Positions 7,624 to 16,416 of a DNA stretch of 64,000 nucleotides are shown in pieces. The stretch is from a virus. Numbering within the stretch: the first letter of the stretch is position 1; every line of letters starts with the position of its first letter. Both the position numbers and the translations under genes were made by a program. A model generated the notes under the pieces. It had not been told where the DNA came from, searched no databases, and saw only the letters and a program-made list of their open reading frames with translations. The stretch spans positions 1 through 64,000 of the IMG/VR virus record IMGVR_UViG_3300042890_001842. The stretch is one strand, 5' to 3'.

Positions 7624-7753
7624 TGAATTTATCAATGATCAACTAAACAAAGCACAAAAGCTTTTGTGGGGTGGTAGCGAAACAGAGAACATCGAAGCAC
7701 ACAACATCATTGCTAAACTAATTAAAGACAGGATGCCTAATGACGAAGTTTAA
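7610..7753 (+). CDS. small hypothetical protein
   Basis: Hand translation; RBS GGAGG; fills the gap between neighbours. Confidence 0.55.
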   Translation: MKMSDEFINDQLNKAQKLLWGGSETENIEAHNIIAKLIKDRMPNDEV

Positions 7754-7976
7754 AGTATTTGGAGACATGCTCTTCACATTCTTCATGGATGTAGAAGCAG
7801 ATTCGCCTGATGAGGCATGGGACATTGCTAATAAGGCAGAGACTCATGAATGGACTCAGATTCTAGAAGACAAGACAGTTGAGGTCCACTTCGTTGAAGA
7901 AGTTGAAACTGAACTTGAAGACGGGTATCCGTCAATGAATAATGAAATAATCATAACTGAAGGACAAGATTCCTAA
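7740..7976 (+). CDS. acidic hypothetical protein
   Basis: VEA.S..EA motif. Confidence 0.65.
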   Translation: MTKFKVFGDMLFTFFMDVEADSPDEAWDIANKAETHEWTQILEDKTVEVHFVEEVETELEDGYPSMNNEIIITEGQDS

Positions 7977-8065
7977 AGGCGGTGGGCCTGCAGGAGGGGT
8001 ATTTACAAATTCCCTAAATTCGTATATAATATACATAACAACTCGATCTAGAAAGGATCAAACAA

Positions 8066-8212
8066 ATGGCAACAAAGCGTGAATATCTAGCAAGCAAGGG
8101 CATTACTGTAGGAAAGCGTGGACGTTTTTCATCAGCAGCAAAGCAAGCTCTTTCTGAGGCAGAAAAGCAAGGCGTGAAGTTTACTACAGAGGCACCTACC
8201 TCAAAGAAGTAA
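8066..8212 (+). CDS. Lsr2-like DNA-binding peptide (48 aa)
   Basis: MATKREYLASKGITVGKRGRFS resembles the Lsr2 C-terminal R.WA...G..V..RGR motif; own TTTACA-17-TATAAT promoter and RBS GAAAGGA. Confidence 0.7.
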   Translation: MATKREYLASKGITVGKRGRFSSAAKQALSEAEKQGVKFTTEAPTSKK

Positions 8213-8241
8213 TACAACTTAATAACGGAGGGCTGGCTAAA

Positions 8242-8263
8242 TGTCAGCCCTTCGTGATATAAT
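8242..8263 (+). promoter_or_regulatory. TGTCAG-N10-TATAAT promoter inside a hairpin
   Basis: Ninth copy of the motif. Confidence 0.75.
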
Positions 8264-8286
8264 GGCGGTTCTACGAAAGGCGGAAT

Positions 8287-8505
8287 ATGAGAAAACGAAC
8301 CAAAGTAGATAAAGTAATAGACCAACTGGAAGAAATCCTAAATGACTTCCATTTCCACCCAGCACTAATGGCAAATATAATCACAACTACATATCCACCC
8401 TATACACAACAAAAACTAATTGAACTAATCAAGTATATCGAACGGTATCACAATGAGGAAATCCAATTAGATAAAACATGTGGAACCCAACAATACAGTA
8501 AATAA
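8287..8505 (+). CDS. hypothetical protein
   Basis: RBS ACGAAAGGCGG. Confidence 0.7.
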   Translation: MRKRTKVDKVIDQLEEILNDFHFHPALMANIITTTYPPYTQQKLIELIKYIERYHNEEIQLDKTCGTQQYSK

Positions 8506-8517
8506 CTAAATAGGCAT

Positions 8518-8560
8518 AAAGGCAGATTGATGTTTAAATAAACATTGATTTGCCTTTTTT
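8518..8560 (+). terminator. intrinsic terminator
   Basis: aaaggcagattgatgttt/aaacattgatttgcc followed by a T run. Confidence 0.7.
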
Positions 8561-9035
8561 GCTGCCCAAAAGCTGTGCGAATACGGGCAAGAATTCCTAT
8601 TTACGAGGACATATAAAAAATCCCTGAAATTTCTAGAACTTTCTGCCAAAATGTGCACAAAATAATGTAGAATTAATCTAATATAGATCTAAATGGATCA
8701 AAATTTGTCGTGAATTTCGCTAATTTAGAGGGGGCAAATTAGCGTATTTACGAGAGCTCTTGACAAATCCTGGAACATATGGTGGCATATAATGCTATTG
8801 ACAATATCGAATACATATGCATAGTTATCCACAAGTTTATCCACAACATTATGACATGCCTGTGGATAACGCTCAATTACTCAGTATATATCTAAATAAA
8901 TATACAGTAGTAATTACTCTAGAATTAATAGTAAATATTCTCCACAATACTCCACTTTACTCCACTATAAAAGCCTTGTAAGGCTCATAGAAGGCAGATA
9001 TATGGGAGGGGGATGTAGGGATATGGGAGGGGGAA
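8561..9035. other. candidate replication origin at the strand switch
   Basis: DnaA boxes at 8825, 8837 and 8861 (inverted); near-box at 8938; AT-rich tract; no ORF in track. Confidence 0.55.
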
Positions 9036-9287
9036 TTAAGAAATTTTACTGTATCTCTCAGGGTCTGAGAGGATTGTAGCTAATAGGCCAACTGGAATAT
9101 CGTGTCCTAATTTGATGTGTTCTCTGATATGAACTATTAAATGTCCATCATCGTAGATCTTCTCAGACATTGAAAATAATGAGTATTCATCTTGAGGTTC
9201 ATTAAGCCAACATGCTGCACACTCTATATGTCCTTCTATACTGGGGTATATGTATATATCGCTATTGGTGAATCTGCTATATGCCAT
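9036..9287 (-). CDS. hypothetical protein
   Basis: MAYSRF..SDIYIY; CxxC and HxxxH. Confidence 0.7.
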   Translation of the reverse strand: MAYSRFTNSDIYIYPSIEGHIECAACWLNEPQDEYSLFSMSEKIYDDGHLIVHIREHIKLGHDIPVGLLATILSDPERYSKIS

Positions 9288-9302
9288 TGGTTCCCGCCTT
9301 TT

Positions 9303-9464
9303 TTATTCCCAGGCTCCGTATGCGTACTCATGGCTAGTTAGGGATGTCATCCTTGAATAGCCACATGGACATGGTGGTACTTTATGTATCTTGTCTTCTG
9401 GCAAGGATGTCTCTATAGACATTAAAGTCTGACATTTTGGACATTTGAACATGTACTTAGACAT
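9303..9464 (-). CDS. small Zn-ribbon protein
   Basis: Hand translation with CPKC...CPCG. Confidence 0.55.
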   Translation of the reverse strand: MSKYMFKCPKCQTLMSIETSLPEDKIHKVPPCPCGYSRMTSLTSHEYAYGAWE

Positions 9465-9548
9465 GGTCTGGTTCTTGATCTACTTCTTCTTTAAAGTCTA
9501 GAAAGCCATCCAGATCCATGTAAGCTTCTAAATTATCTAAAAATGCCA

Positions 9549-10118
9549 TTACTTTGACTCCCAATATTCATTGCTATATGTAAATCCTACAATAGCATAT
9601 CTTGCTGATCCTAATACATCTTTAACTCCATGGCTATATTCCTCTGTTCCAGGAAATACAATTATGGTTCCCCGCTTTGGTTTAAACTCTATTGGCTTAT
9701 TCTTAAATATCAGTTCCCCGCCTTGGAAATCATCATTTAAGTATATAACAAATCCAGATGTAATCCATCGCTCTGGCGTATCTGGATTATTCTCAAAGTG
9801 AAAGATAAAAGCCTGTCTGCCACAACCACAACCATCTATCAGACATGGCTCATTTGGAACATATTTGCTTATTCCAGGGCTGTAGCTATACTTCTGGTTA
9901 TCATTATCTAAAAGTAATCTAATCTTCTTCTCAATTGGATCAAAATAATCCTTTGCTCCATTGATTAAAACACCAGTGAGTATGTTCTGGTGTGGATCAT
10001 TTCTTACTAGCTTCCAATCAATCTCTTGATTTAGAACCGCATCCATTTCTTCTTCAGAAAGGAAATTATCAATAAAATATATATTTGGATCTATTTGAGT
10101 TTTTCTCAAAGTCGACAT
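9549..10118 (-). CDS. 2OG-Fe(II) oxygenase (prolyl-hydroxylase-like)
   Basis: IYLNDDFQGGEL.F, HGV, R motifs. Confidence 0.85.
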   Translation of the reverse strand: MSTLRKTQIDPNIYFIDNFLSEEEMDAVLNQEIDWKLVRNDPHQNILTGVLINGAKDYFDPIEKKIRLLLDNDNQKYSYSPGISKYVPNEPCLIDGCGCGRQAFIFHFENNPDTPERWITSGFVIYLNDDFQGGELIFKNKPIEFKPKRGTIIVFPGTEEYSHGVKDVLGSARYAIVGFTYSNEYWESK

Positions 10119-10126
10119 ATTTATAT

Positions 10127-10321
10127 TTATTCTGCTGTTGGTTCTGTTGGTTCTTCTGCCATATATGGGTTACTTGGTTGAGGAAGAGTATCTTTATTCT
10201 CTTCTGTAACCAAAGTAAGCTCTGGGGTACCTTCGCATTTTAGGCATGTAGGAACAATGCCTTCTTCGATTACCTCAAGTGTATTGTTGCCACAAACTAA
10301 GCAGCGATATGTAAGTTCCAT
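10127..10321 (-). CDS. Zn-ribbon protein
   Basis: CxxC...CxxC. Confidence 0.6.
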   Translation of the reverse strand: MELTYRCLVCGNNTLEVIEEGIVPTCLKCEGTPELTLVTEENKDTLPQPSNPYMAEEPTEPTAE

Positions 10322-10354
10322 TAAATTGCCTCCATTTTTGTTAACTTCATTGTC

Positions 10355-10618
10355 TTATTGTACCATTTCTTCATTTTCATCCCGCAACAGGCCATGTGAC
10401 CAAAGCTCTGTCATGGTTGTATATCCTACATCATCAAATAGGTAGGTATTGTCCTTTAAAGTCCAACCCCTCCATAATCCATCCTCTTCACACCATGTAA
10501 GATTAGTCGAAGGCTCTTTGATAGCCCTATCTACTGCATCATAGAAATGTACCTCTTCAAAGATAGCCTCTCTGAGAGAGGTGAATCTAAATATACGATT
10601 AACTAACCAATCAATCAT
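10355..10618 (-). CDS. hypothetical protein
   Basis: ORF in operon. Confidence 0.6.
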   Translation of the reverse strand: MIDWLVNRIFRFTSLREAIFEEVHFYDAVDRAIKEPSTNLTWCEEDGLWRGWTLKDNTYLFDDVGYTTMTELWSHGLLRDENEEMVQ

Positions 10619-10923
10619 GCTAACTCCTTCTCAATAGCCTTAATAGTTGGGCAGGGATACATTTGACTAAATCCATTACCAGAACATTCTTGACATTGTT
10701 CTTCCCATAATTCATCTTCTTCCCCGTCATATGCGCCTGTAAATGCCATAACTGGCTTATGCAGCCCAACAGCTGAATAAAGAGCTGATAAACCCATGCA
10801 AGTCAAACATTGATTACATACTTTTGGCTCATTTAAACTATGAACATGTTCAAAGTCTATATTCTCATCACATGATACGATCTTGATTCTATTTACTCTT
10901 TCAAGTAATTCATAATGTTTCAT
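10615..10923 (-). CDS. Zn-binding hypothetical protein (paralog of next ORF)
   Basis: LHKP..CxxC..YPCxTI..IEKEL. Confidence 0.65.
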   Translation of the reverse strand: MKHYELLERVNRIKIVSCDENIDFEHVHSLNEPKVCNQCLTCMGLSALYSAVGLHKPVMAFTGAYDGEEDELWEEQCQECSGNGFSQMYPCPTIKAIEKELA

Positions 10924-11126
10924 TGCAATTCCTTCTCAATAATCTCAATAGTTCTGCATGGATACATATGACCACAACCTTCGCATCCCTTTAAATCTTT
11001 GATCTCCCATGGCAAATCCATAGGCTTATGCAATTTAACTATATCCCAAAGAATCTCCCAAGATTTACTTTTATATGAATCATGCCATTCTGCTTCTACT
11101 TTTTTATATAGCTCATCATATGTCAT
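10920..11126 (-). CDS. Zn-binding hypothetical protein
   Basis: LHKP..CxxC..YPCxTI..IEKEL. Confidence 0.65.
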   Translation of the reverse strand: MTYDELYKKVEAEWHDSYKSKSWEILWDIVKLHKPMDLPWEIKDLKGCEGCGHMYPCRTIEIIEKELQ

Positions 11127-11303
11127 CTGATAGCTTTTCTAGTAGTTCCGCATTTTCATTAAATATCTTCTCTAACAACAATTTAAGACGCATTGATCTG
11201 TCTGACATAGCATGTTCTTCTAGATCAAATTCTTCGTCAAATTCATTTGAATTCATGTCTCTTCTTTCCGCCGCACTTTTTGCTTCACTAATTGGGGCCA
11301 ATA

Positions 11304-11528
11304 TTATATAGTATTGACTTTATCTTTAGACCAATGAATATATGATCTAATATAAACAGCTGCATATGCTAATGCGCTGAATATGAATCCGTATTGTTTT
11401 GTTGTCAATGCATATGCTATCCACAATGTTTCATTGAATAGGAGTACAAGCCATCCCCATATCGTTTTGCGACCAACAAAGTATATGCCAGCCACACCAA
11501 TGATTGCAAGTACCCATGACCACATCAC
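11304..11528 (-). CDS. small membrane protein, PnuC-like
   Basis: Three hydrophobic segments; K.IWGW motif. Confidence 0.6.
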   Translation of the reverse strand: MMWSWVLAIIGVAGIYFVGRKTIWGWLVLLFNETLWIAYALTTKQYGFIFSALAYAAVYIRSYIHWSKDKVNTI

Positions 11529-11628
11529 TTATTTTCTCTCCACTCATTATCTTTACGGCTGGCGCCCATCATGAATGCTATAAATAAAATTGTGCATAAG
11601 GTGTAGCCAGCAACGAATAAAGCCATCT

Positions 11629-11823
11629 TCACTTAATTCTAACCCTTGTCCATAGACGCTCATGGATGTAATATCCTAAAGCTTCCCAGCCGATGTAAAT
11701 TAGAGCACCAAGGCTTGCATACTCCCACTCACGAGTAAATAGGTAGATTACACCAGCAACTCCTACAAGATGAAATGTTTCCCAACTTGCAGTCTTAAGT
11801 AATGTTCTTTTTGTTGATTCCAT
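11629..11823 (-). CDS. DUF2061-like membrane protein
   Basis: MES.KRTLLKT.SW...YYIHERLW. Confidence 0.75.
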   Translation of the reverse strand: MESTKRTLLKTASWETFHLVGVAGVIYLFTREWEYASLGALIYIGWEALGYYIHERLWTRVRIK

Positions 11824-11952
11824 TTTTTCTCCATCTATGATGAAAGACCTACTTGCAAATGATCTTTGCAAACAGATATAACACCTTCTTCTGAATAGTC
11901 CCAGTAAACACCATGTTCTGGGCAATAGTAACACATAGCTGTGTCTTCCTTT

Positions 11953-12441
11953 TTACTCATCAAGATCTAAGTCCAAAGTAATTAGTTTTTCCGTTTTATA
12001 GAATCCAAGTTCCGCTCTCTTTAGATAATCAAGTGCTCTGGTCAAAGACTCAATGTCATCTCCCAGCATGCCAATAGCATTATTACATACCTGGCATAGC
12101 CATCCCCTAAACTCATTAGTCTTATGACAATGGTCTAAAGACAGGTTAGCAGTAGTCTTTCCACAGTTATCGCATGGAGTTCCGATTGGTCTCTTTGATC
12201 CATAAACTTTCTTTAAGCTTTTCTCGCCAAGCCTTTCGTTTTTGTTGCAAGGCCTACACATATTTTTTCTATAAACTTTCTTAACAGATCTAGTAGTCAT
12301 CTCAAAGTCTTGAATGTTTTTTTCTTCAAGGCATATTCTACAGACACGAGTCTTGCTTGTGTCTTCGTATGGGCCATCGACTTCTTTATGATCCTGAATA
12401 GAATCAGGTTCGAATAAAAATGTTGGCATAACTACCTCCAA
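11953..12441 (-). CDS. endonuclease VII-like nuclease
   Basis: CxxC..LDHCH.T..FRGWLC..CN.AIG.LGD. Confidence 0.85.
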   Translation of the reverse strand: MEVVMPTFLFEPDSIQDHKEVDGPYEDTSKTRVCRICLEEKNIQDFEMTTRSVKKVYRKNMCRPCNKNERLGEKSLKKVYGSKRPIGTPCDNCGKTTANLSLDHCHKTNEFRGWLCQVCNNAIGMLGDDIESLTRALDYLKRAELGFYKTEKLITLDLDLDE

Positions 12442-13496
12442 ATCTCTAAGTTGTTTACATCCATTATATCATTTTCTTGAAGAAAAATGTGGTTATTTTT
12501 AAAAATATTTGAGAATTTATTGTAGTCAAAGTATCCTTTACTATTTAAAGATTGAACCTCTATAACTTTAACTGTGTTCTGTGACAGAATAGTATTTAGA
12601 ATATTTGTACCGTTGTACCCAGCTATTTCTGAGGATTCATTTATAATCTTATACTGGTCAATGAATGACATACCCTCAAAAGAAACAATATCAAATCCAT
12701 TCCTCTTAAACATATCTTCAACTATTAACTCATTTTCAAAAATTCTATGAAAATTCTCTTCATCTTGGTTATCTTTAAATAACCTGCTTGCTTGTATTCT
12801 GCTTATATATGTCTTCTTATCTTTAAATTCAATCTTATACTGATGCTTCAAGTTACTCTTAAGCTGATTAATCCCCTCTATAACCCACCTTTTATCAGTG
12901 TATGCCTTTGAGTAGTCTCTACTACCGTCACCAAAGTAATAATCAAGATAAAGTTCTGGGTCTTCCTTGTAAAGTTCAAGAAGGTCTAAGTCATCTCCTA
13001 TAAAAGTAAAACACTTTTCAATCTCTAAATTCATGGTTTGTCCATAAAAAAAGCTTCTGTTGTTATATATTAAACTGATGTCTTTAAAGTATTCAAAATT
13101 GCTTTTATCATCATAAATAAACTGCCTATTGTCAAACCTTTTATTATCAAGAAAAGATAAAAAACTTTGAGGATCAGAATTTACTTGACCAGAACTTAGT
13201 TCTTCATGAATAGGATACTGTACAACGAAAATTTGAACATCTAAGTTATCTATAATAGATTTACTATACTCTGCCAAAGAAACATTGTCCAATAGCATGT
13301 GAAAATACTTATTTGAAAAAAAGATTGGAAGTACATTACCACTTAAAAACTCTTTTTCTTTATTAATTGAGGACTTAGATTTTATCTGTAAATTATCAAA
13401 GACAGCAAAGTAATGATTGTCTATCTTAATTAATGTATGATCTTGAAACTTAAGATCTAAATCTTTTTTGATGTCATCTTTAGAGATATTTCTCAA
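12432..13496 (-). CDS. glycosyltransferase family 61-like (DUF563)
   Basis: YFH...D, YISR, R...NE, E.MSF.DQ, G.NG.N..N. Confidence 0.7.
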   Translation of the reverse strand: MRNISKDDIKKDLDLKFQDHTLIKIDNHYFAVFDNLQIKSKSSINKEKEFLSGNVLPIFFSNKYFHMLLDNVSLAEYSKSIIDNLDVQIFVVQYPIHEELSSGQVNSDPQSFLSFLDNKRFDNRQFIYDDKSNFEYFKDISLIYNNRSFFYGQTMNLEIEKCFTFIGDDLDLLELYKEDPELYLDYYFGDGSRDYSKAYTDKRWVIEGINQLKSNLKHQYKIEFKDKKTYISRIQASRLFKDNQDEENFHRIFENELIVEDMFKRNGFDIVSFEGMSFIDQYKIINESSEIAGYNGTNILNTILSQNTVKVIEVQSLNSKGYFDYNKFSNIFKNNHIFLQENDIMDVNNLEIWR

Positions 13497-13686
13497 AGGC
13501 TGTGCTCCTTTAAATGTCTAGATAATGTGTCATGACCAAAGATTCCCCACCTAAGTTCAATCTCTTTTTTGCATATATCACAAATTACATATCTGCCCAT
13601 CTGTAAAGTATACAATAATTAGCTATAGGCGTCAATAGACATAAATATCCCCACCAATCTATAAAGATAGAAAGGTGGGGAATTAT

Positions 13687-13896
13687 TTATACCTTCTTAG
13701 GTCTTGTCTTCTTTGGTACTATTGAGGTTTCTCTACGAATGCCATGCTTGTTGGTATCTATTTTTGTTGGTGGCCTCTGATTTATACCAGATTTAAATTT
13801 ACCTTGAGTTGGGTTTTTTCTTGTCGCTTCTTGTGATGTAACCGCTCCAGATGGTGAGCTATTTGGAGGAGTATCCATACCTGTTCCGTTACTCAT
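13687..13896 (-). CDS. basic hypothetical protein
   Basis: ORF track. Confidence 0.55.
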   Translation of the reverse strand: MSNGTGMDTPPNSSPSGAVTSQEATRKNPTQGKFKSGINQRPPTKIDTNKHGIRRETSIVPKKTRPKKV

Positions 13897-14044
13897 TAAT
13901 AAATTGTCTTGTCTGCTCAGGAGTTGCAGTCATGTTTAGTGTCAATCCTGCTTCTCCATCTCTTGAAACATCAAGAATGCCTCCAGGAATGCTATCCATT
14001 CCCTTTTCGCTTCCAAATGCTTCGCAACCGCATTCTACGCACAT
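13889..14044 (-). CDS. small protein (MCVECGC...)
   Basis: Hand translation. Confidence 0.55.
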   Translation of the reverse strand: MCVECGCEAFGSEKGMDSIPGGILDVSRDGEAGLTLNMTATPEQTRQFINE

Positions 14045-14046
14045 GA

Positions 14047-14199
14047 TTACTTACCGCCGTTGCCAAGTCCTGAGCCATCTTGTGATGACTTATCTGTTGC
14101 TGGGAAGGCTGCTGCTGGATCTGCTGCGTACTGCTCTCCAATTGTGTGCTGTGCTACTGGCTTTACATCGTTGAATCCAGTTAGATTAATTCCGTCCAT
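14047..14199 (-). CDS. small hypothetical protein
   Basis: Hand translation; RBS AGGAG. Confidence 0.55.
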   Translation of the reverse strand: MDGINLTGFNDVKPVAQHTIGEQYAADPAAAFPATDKSSQDGSGLGNGGK

Positions 14200-14569
14200 T
14201 TTATTTCTCCTATAGGTTGTTTAATTTAGATGGTTCTAGAAGGCCACCTATAAAGATATTATAGCATTTATAAGTCAAAAAGGTGGCCTAAGCCACCCCT
14301 TTGAATATTATATCTTATACTTAGTATGCCAGCAATTTTCGCAAATTACGATATATTTAGTCTCCGTGCTTGTTATTCTGGTTGCTTCGTTTTTGCAATC
14401 CTTAATCTCGCACCGCTCTTTAGATTCCATTACTTTGCGTTATTAGCCTTTACACGGCTATAGCCAGTCTTCTTTTTATTCATAGATCCTGGTGCCTTCC
14501 CCGCTGGATTTTTCCAATTGCTTCTACGGATTTCTAAAGACTTAGCAATCTTGTCATGATGCTTTGCCA

Positions 14570-14809
14570 TTACTTCTTCTTTGTCACTGTCTTCTTTGCT
14601 GGGGCCTTCTTAGCCGTCTTCTTTACTGGAGCCTTCTTTGCTGTCTTCTTAACTGTAGATTTCTTAACTGGCTTCTTCTTAGCAGCAAGATTTTCTTCTG
14701 CTTCTAGTTCTTCAAGCTTCTGATTAATAATCTGCTCAACTACTTTTTGATTTTCCAACAGGCTTGAAGGTTTGAAAAAATTTTTAATGTTATCAATAAT
14801 GTTAGGCAT
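14570..14809 (-). CDS. protein with histone H1-like Lys/Ala-rich tail
   Basis: KKPVKKSTVKKTAKKAPVKK repeats. Confidence 0.7.
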   Translation of the reverse strand: MPNIIDNIKNFFKPSSLLENQKVVEQIINQKLEELEAEENLAAKKKPVKKSTVKKTAKKAPVKKTAKKAPAKKTVTKKK

Positions 14810-14977
14810 TTCTTTTTTTATCCTCTAATCTTTTTATAACGAAACCTAAAACTTCTTCAGGCTTCCAACTTTCTGGTAATTCTAAATTGTATAAATCAGT
14901 AATTAACTGATCAATAATTCTTTTTTCTATATTATGAAAAATATATGATTCCATATTATTAAATATTATATTTAGTA

Positions 14978-15004
14978 TGGTGGGGCGATTTCTCGCCCCA
15001 CCAT
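14978..15004. terminator. hairpin terminator
   Basis: tggtggggcga/tcgccccacca. Confidence 0.65.
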
Positions 15005-15011
15005 AAATAAA

Positions 15012-16175
15012 TTACTTAATCAAAGTAACCTTAGATTTTGGATTCTTAGCATTCCATCTCTTTGCAAGATCATTAAATGACTTCTTTAGAGAAGCAATTG
15101 CTACAGCATTGTCCACCATCAATTTGGTAATCTGTGCATCCTTAGCAGCAAGAGCTGCATCAGTTACTAGCTTAAGAGCAGCAGCCTTATCAACTTCAGC
15201 CTTTACAGCAGCATCTGCTAGCACCTTAGCATCGGCTAGTGCCTTATCTGAAGCAGCCTTAGCAGTTACTGCATCAGCGTTAGCCTTTACAAGAGCAGCC
15301 TCTGCAATTGCCTTATCAGCAAGTGCCTTATCCTTAGCAGCCTTTTCTGCAGCAAGTTCTGATGCAAGATCACGAACTAGAATTTCAGCAAAAGGTGAAA
15401 GTGTTGGTGCAGCCAAACCTGGCACTGCAGCAGAGACAGCATCAGAAGATGTTGTTGCTGCAAATGTAATGAGTGATCGTGTTCCATTTACTGGAAGAGT
15501 TGCCTTGAATGTAGCAACTCCAAAGTCTGAAAGTGTTGCACCAGTTGATACTGTTGCTGTGTCTAGAGTTGCTGTTGAAGCAAATACTGTTGCAGTAATT
15601 GACTTACCAGATACCTTATTACCAAATGCATCTGTTGCTGTTACTGTAATATCCTGCTTTGTTCCAGCAGCACCTGATACAGGCGCAGAAACTGTTAGGT
15701 TATTAATTAGTCCAGCAGAACCCTGGACAAAATATGTGAGCGTTACTGGACCATTTGTAATCACAACTGTTCCAACTGCTGTTGTCTTTGTGTAAACATA
15801 AAATGTTGCTGTTGTTCCAGTTCCAGTTGCAACTGTCAAAGATGATGATCCTGAAGATGCTCCTACTGGTGCAGCAGATGAATGTAGTGCAGACACAATT
15901 GTTGAATTTGTTGAAGTTGCTGTTACGCTTGTTCCAGCAACAACTGTTGCTTCCAACTTGATAACATCAGCGTTATCAATAGTGTTATCTGCTGGTACTG
16001 GACGTACGATTGCAGTTGCTAGCGATGTTCCAGCTGTAGCTGGTGCAGCAAATGCCGTACCGTTCCATGTGGTTGCTACTACTGACATGGTGTTAGCACT
16101 TGCAGGTGTTGTTACCATTGTGCTCAAAGTCATGGCTGCAACCATGGCTAAAGCGATTTTCTTAAATGACTTCAT
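15012..16175 (-). CDS. secreted or surface Ig-like protein with Ala/Lys coiled-coil tail
   Basis: Signal peptide MKSFKKIALA..ASA; VTATDAFGNKV Big-like motif. Confidence 0.75.
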   Translation of the reverse strand: MKSFKKIALAMVAAMTLSTMVTTPASANTMSVVATTWNGTAFAAPATAGTSLATAIVRPVPADNTIDNADVIKLEATVVAGTSVTATSTNSTIVSALHSSAAPVGASSGSSSLTVATGTGTTATFYVYTKTTAVGTVVITNGPVTLTYFVQGSAGLINNLTVSAPVSGAAGTKQDITVTATDAFGNKVSGKSITATVFASTATLDTATVSTGATLSDFGVATFKATLPVNGTRSLITFAATTSSDAVSAAVPGLAAPTLSPFAEILVRDLASELAAEKAAKDKALADKAIAEAALVKANADAVTAKAASDKALADAKVLADAAVKAEVDKAAALKLVTDAALAAKDAQITKLMVDNAVAIASLKKSFNDLAKRWNAKNPKSKVTLIK

Positions 16176-16227
16176 TTAATTTATTCTCCTTGTTTCCTCT
16201 GCCTCGAAATGAGCACAGAATTCTATT

Positions 16228-16416
16228 CTATTGTACTATATTTAATTTAACTTGGAAAGAGCATGGATCTCCACCCTCATCCCATTCTTTGGCCTCTTCA
16301 TCTGTAAGAGGTGGTCCATCGTGTGTATTACAAAATACATCAGAAACCCATCCTCTTTCATAGCCGTTCTTAATCCATATTTCAAACTCTAAAAAATCTG
16401 AGTCGTCTAGATCCAT
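16228..16416 (-). CDS. hypothetical protein
   Basis: GW....FC.THDG.P. Confidence 0.6.
   Translation of the reverse strand: MDLDDSDFLEFEIWIKNGYERGWVSDVFCNTHDGPPLTDEEAKEWDEGGDPCSFQVKLNIVQ

Noticed and set aside
8014-8325. 103-aa - strand ORF
   Set aside because: Antisense to the Lsr2-like gene, which has its own promoter and RBS
9415-9440. TGTCAG on the - strand as a tenth PafBC-type promoter
   Set aside because: The hexamer after the 10-nt spacer is CTATAG, not TANNNT, and the site is mid-ORF
15109-15795. 228-aa + strand ORF, and similar + strand ORFs at 20324, 23094, 52369 and 53254
   Set aside because: Antisense shadows of low-complexity - strand genes
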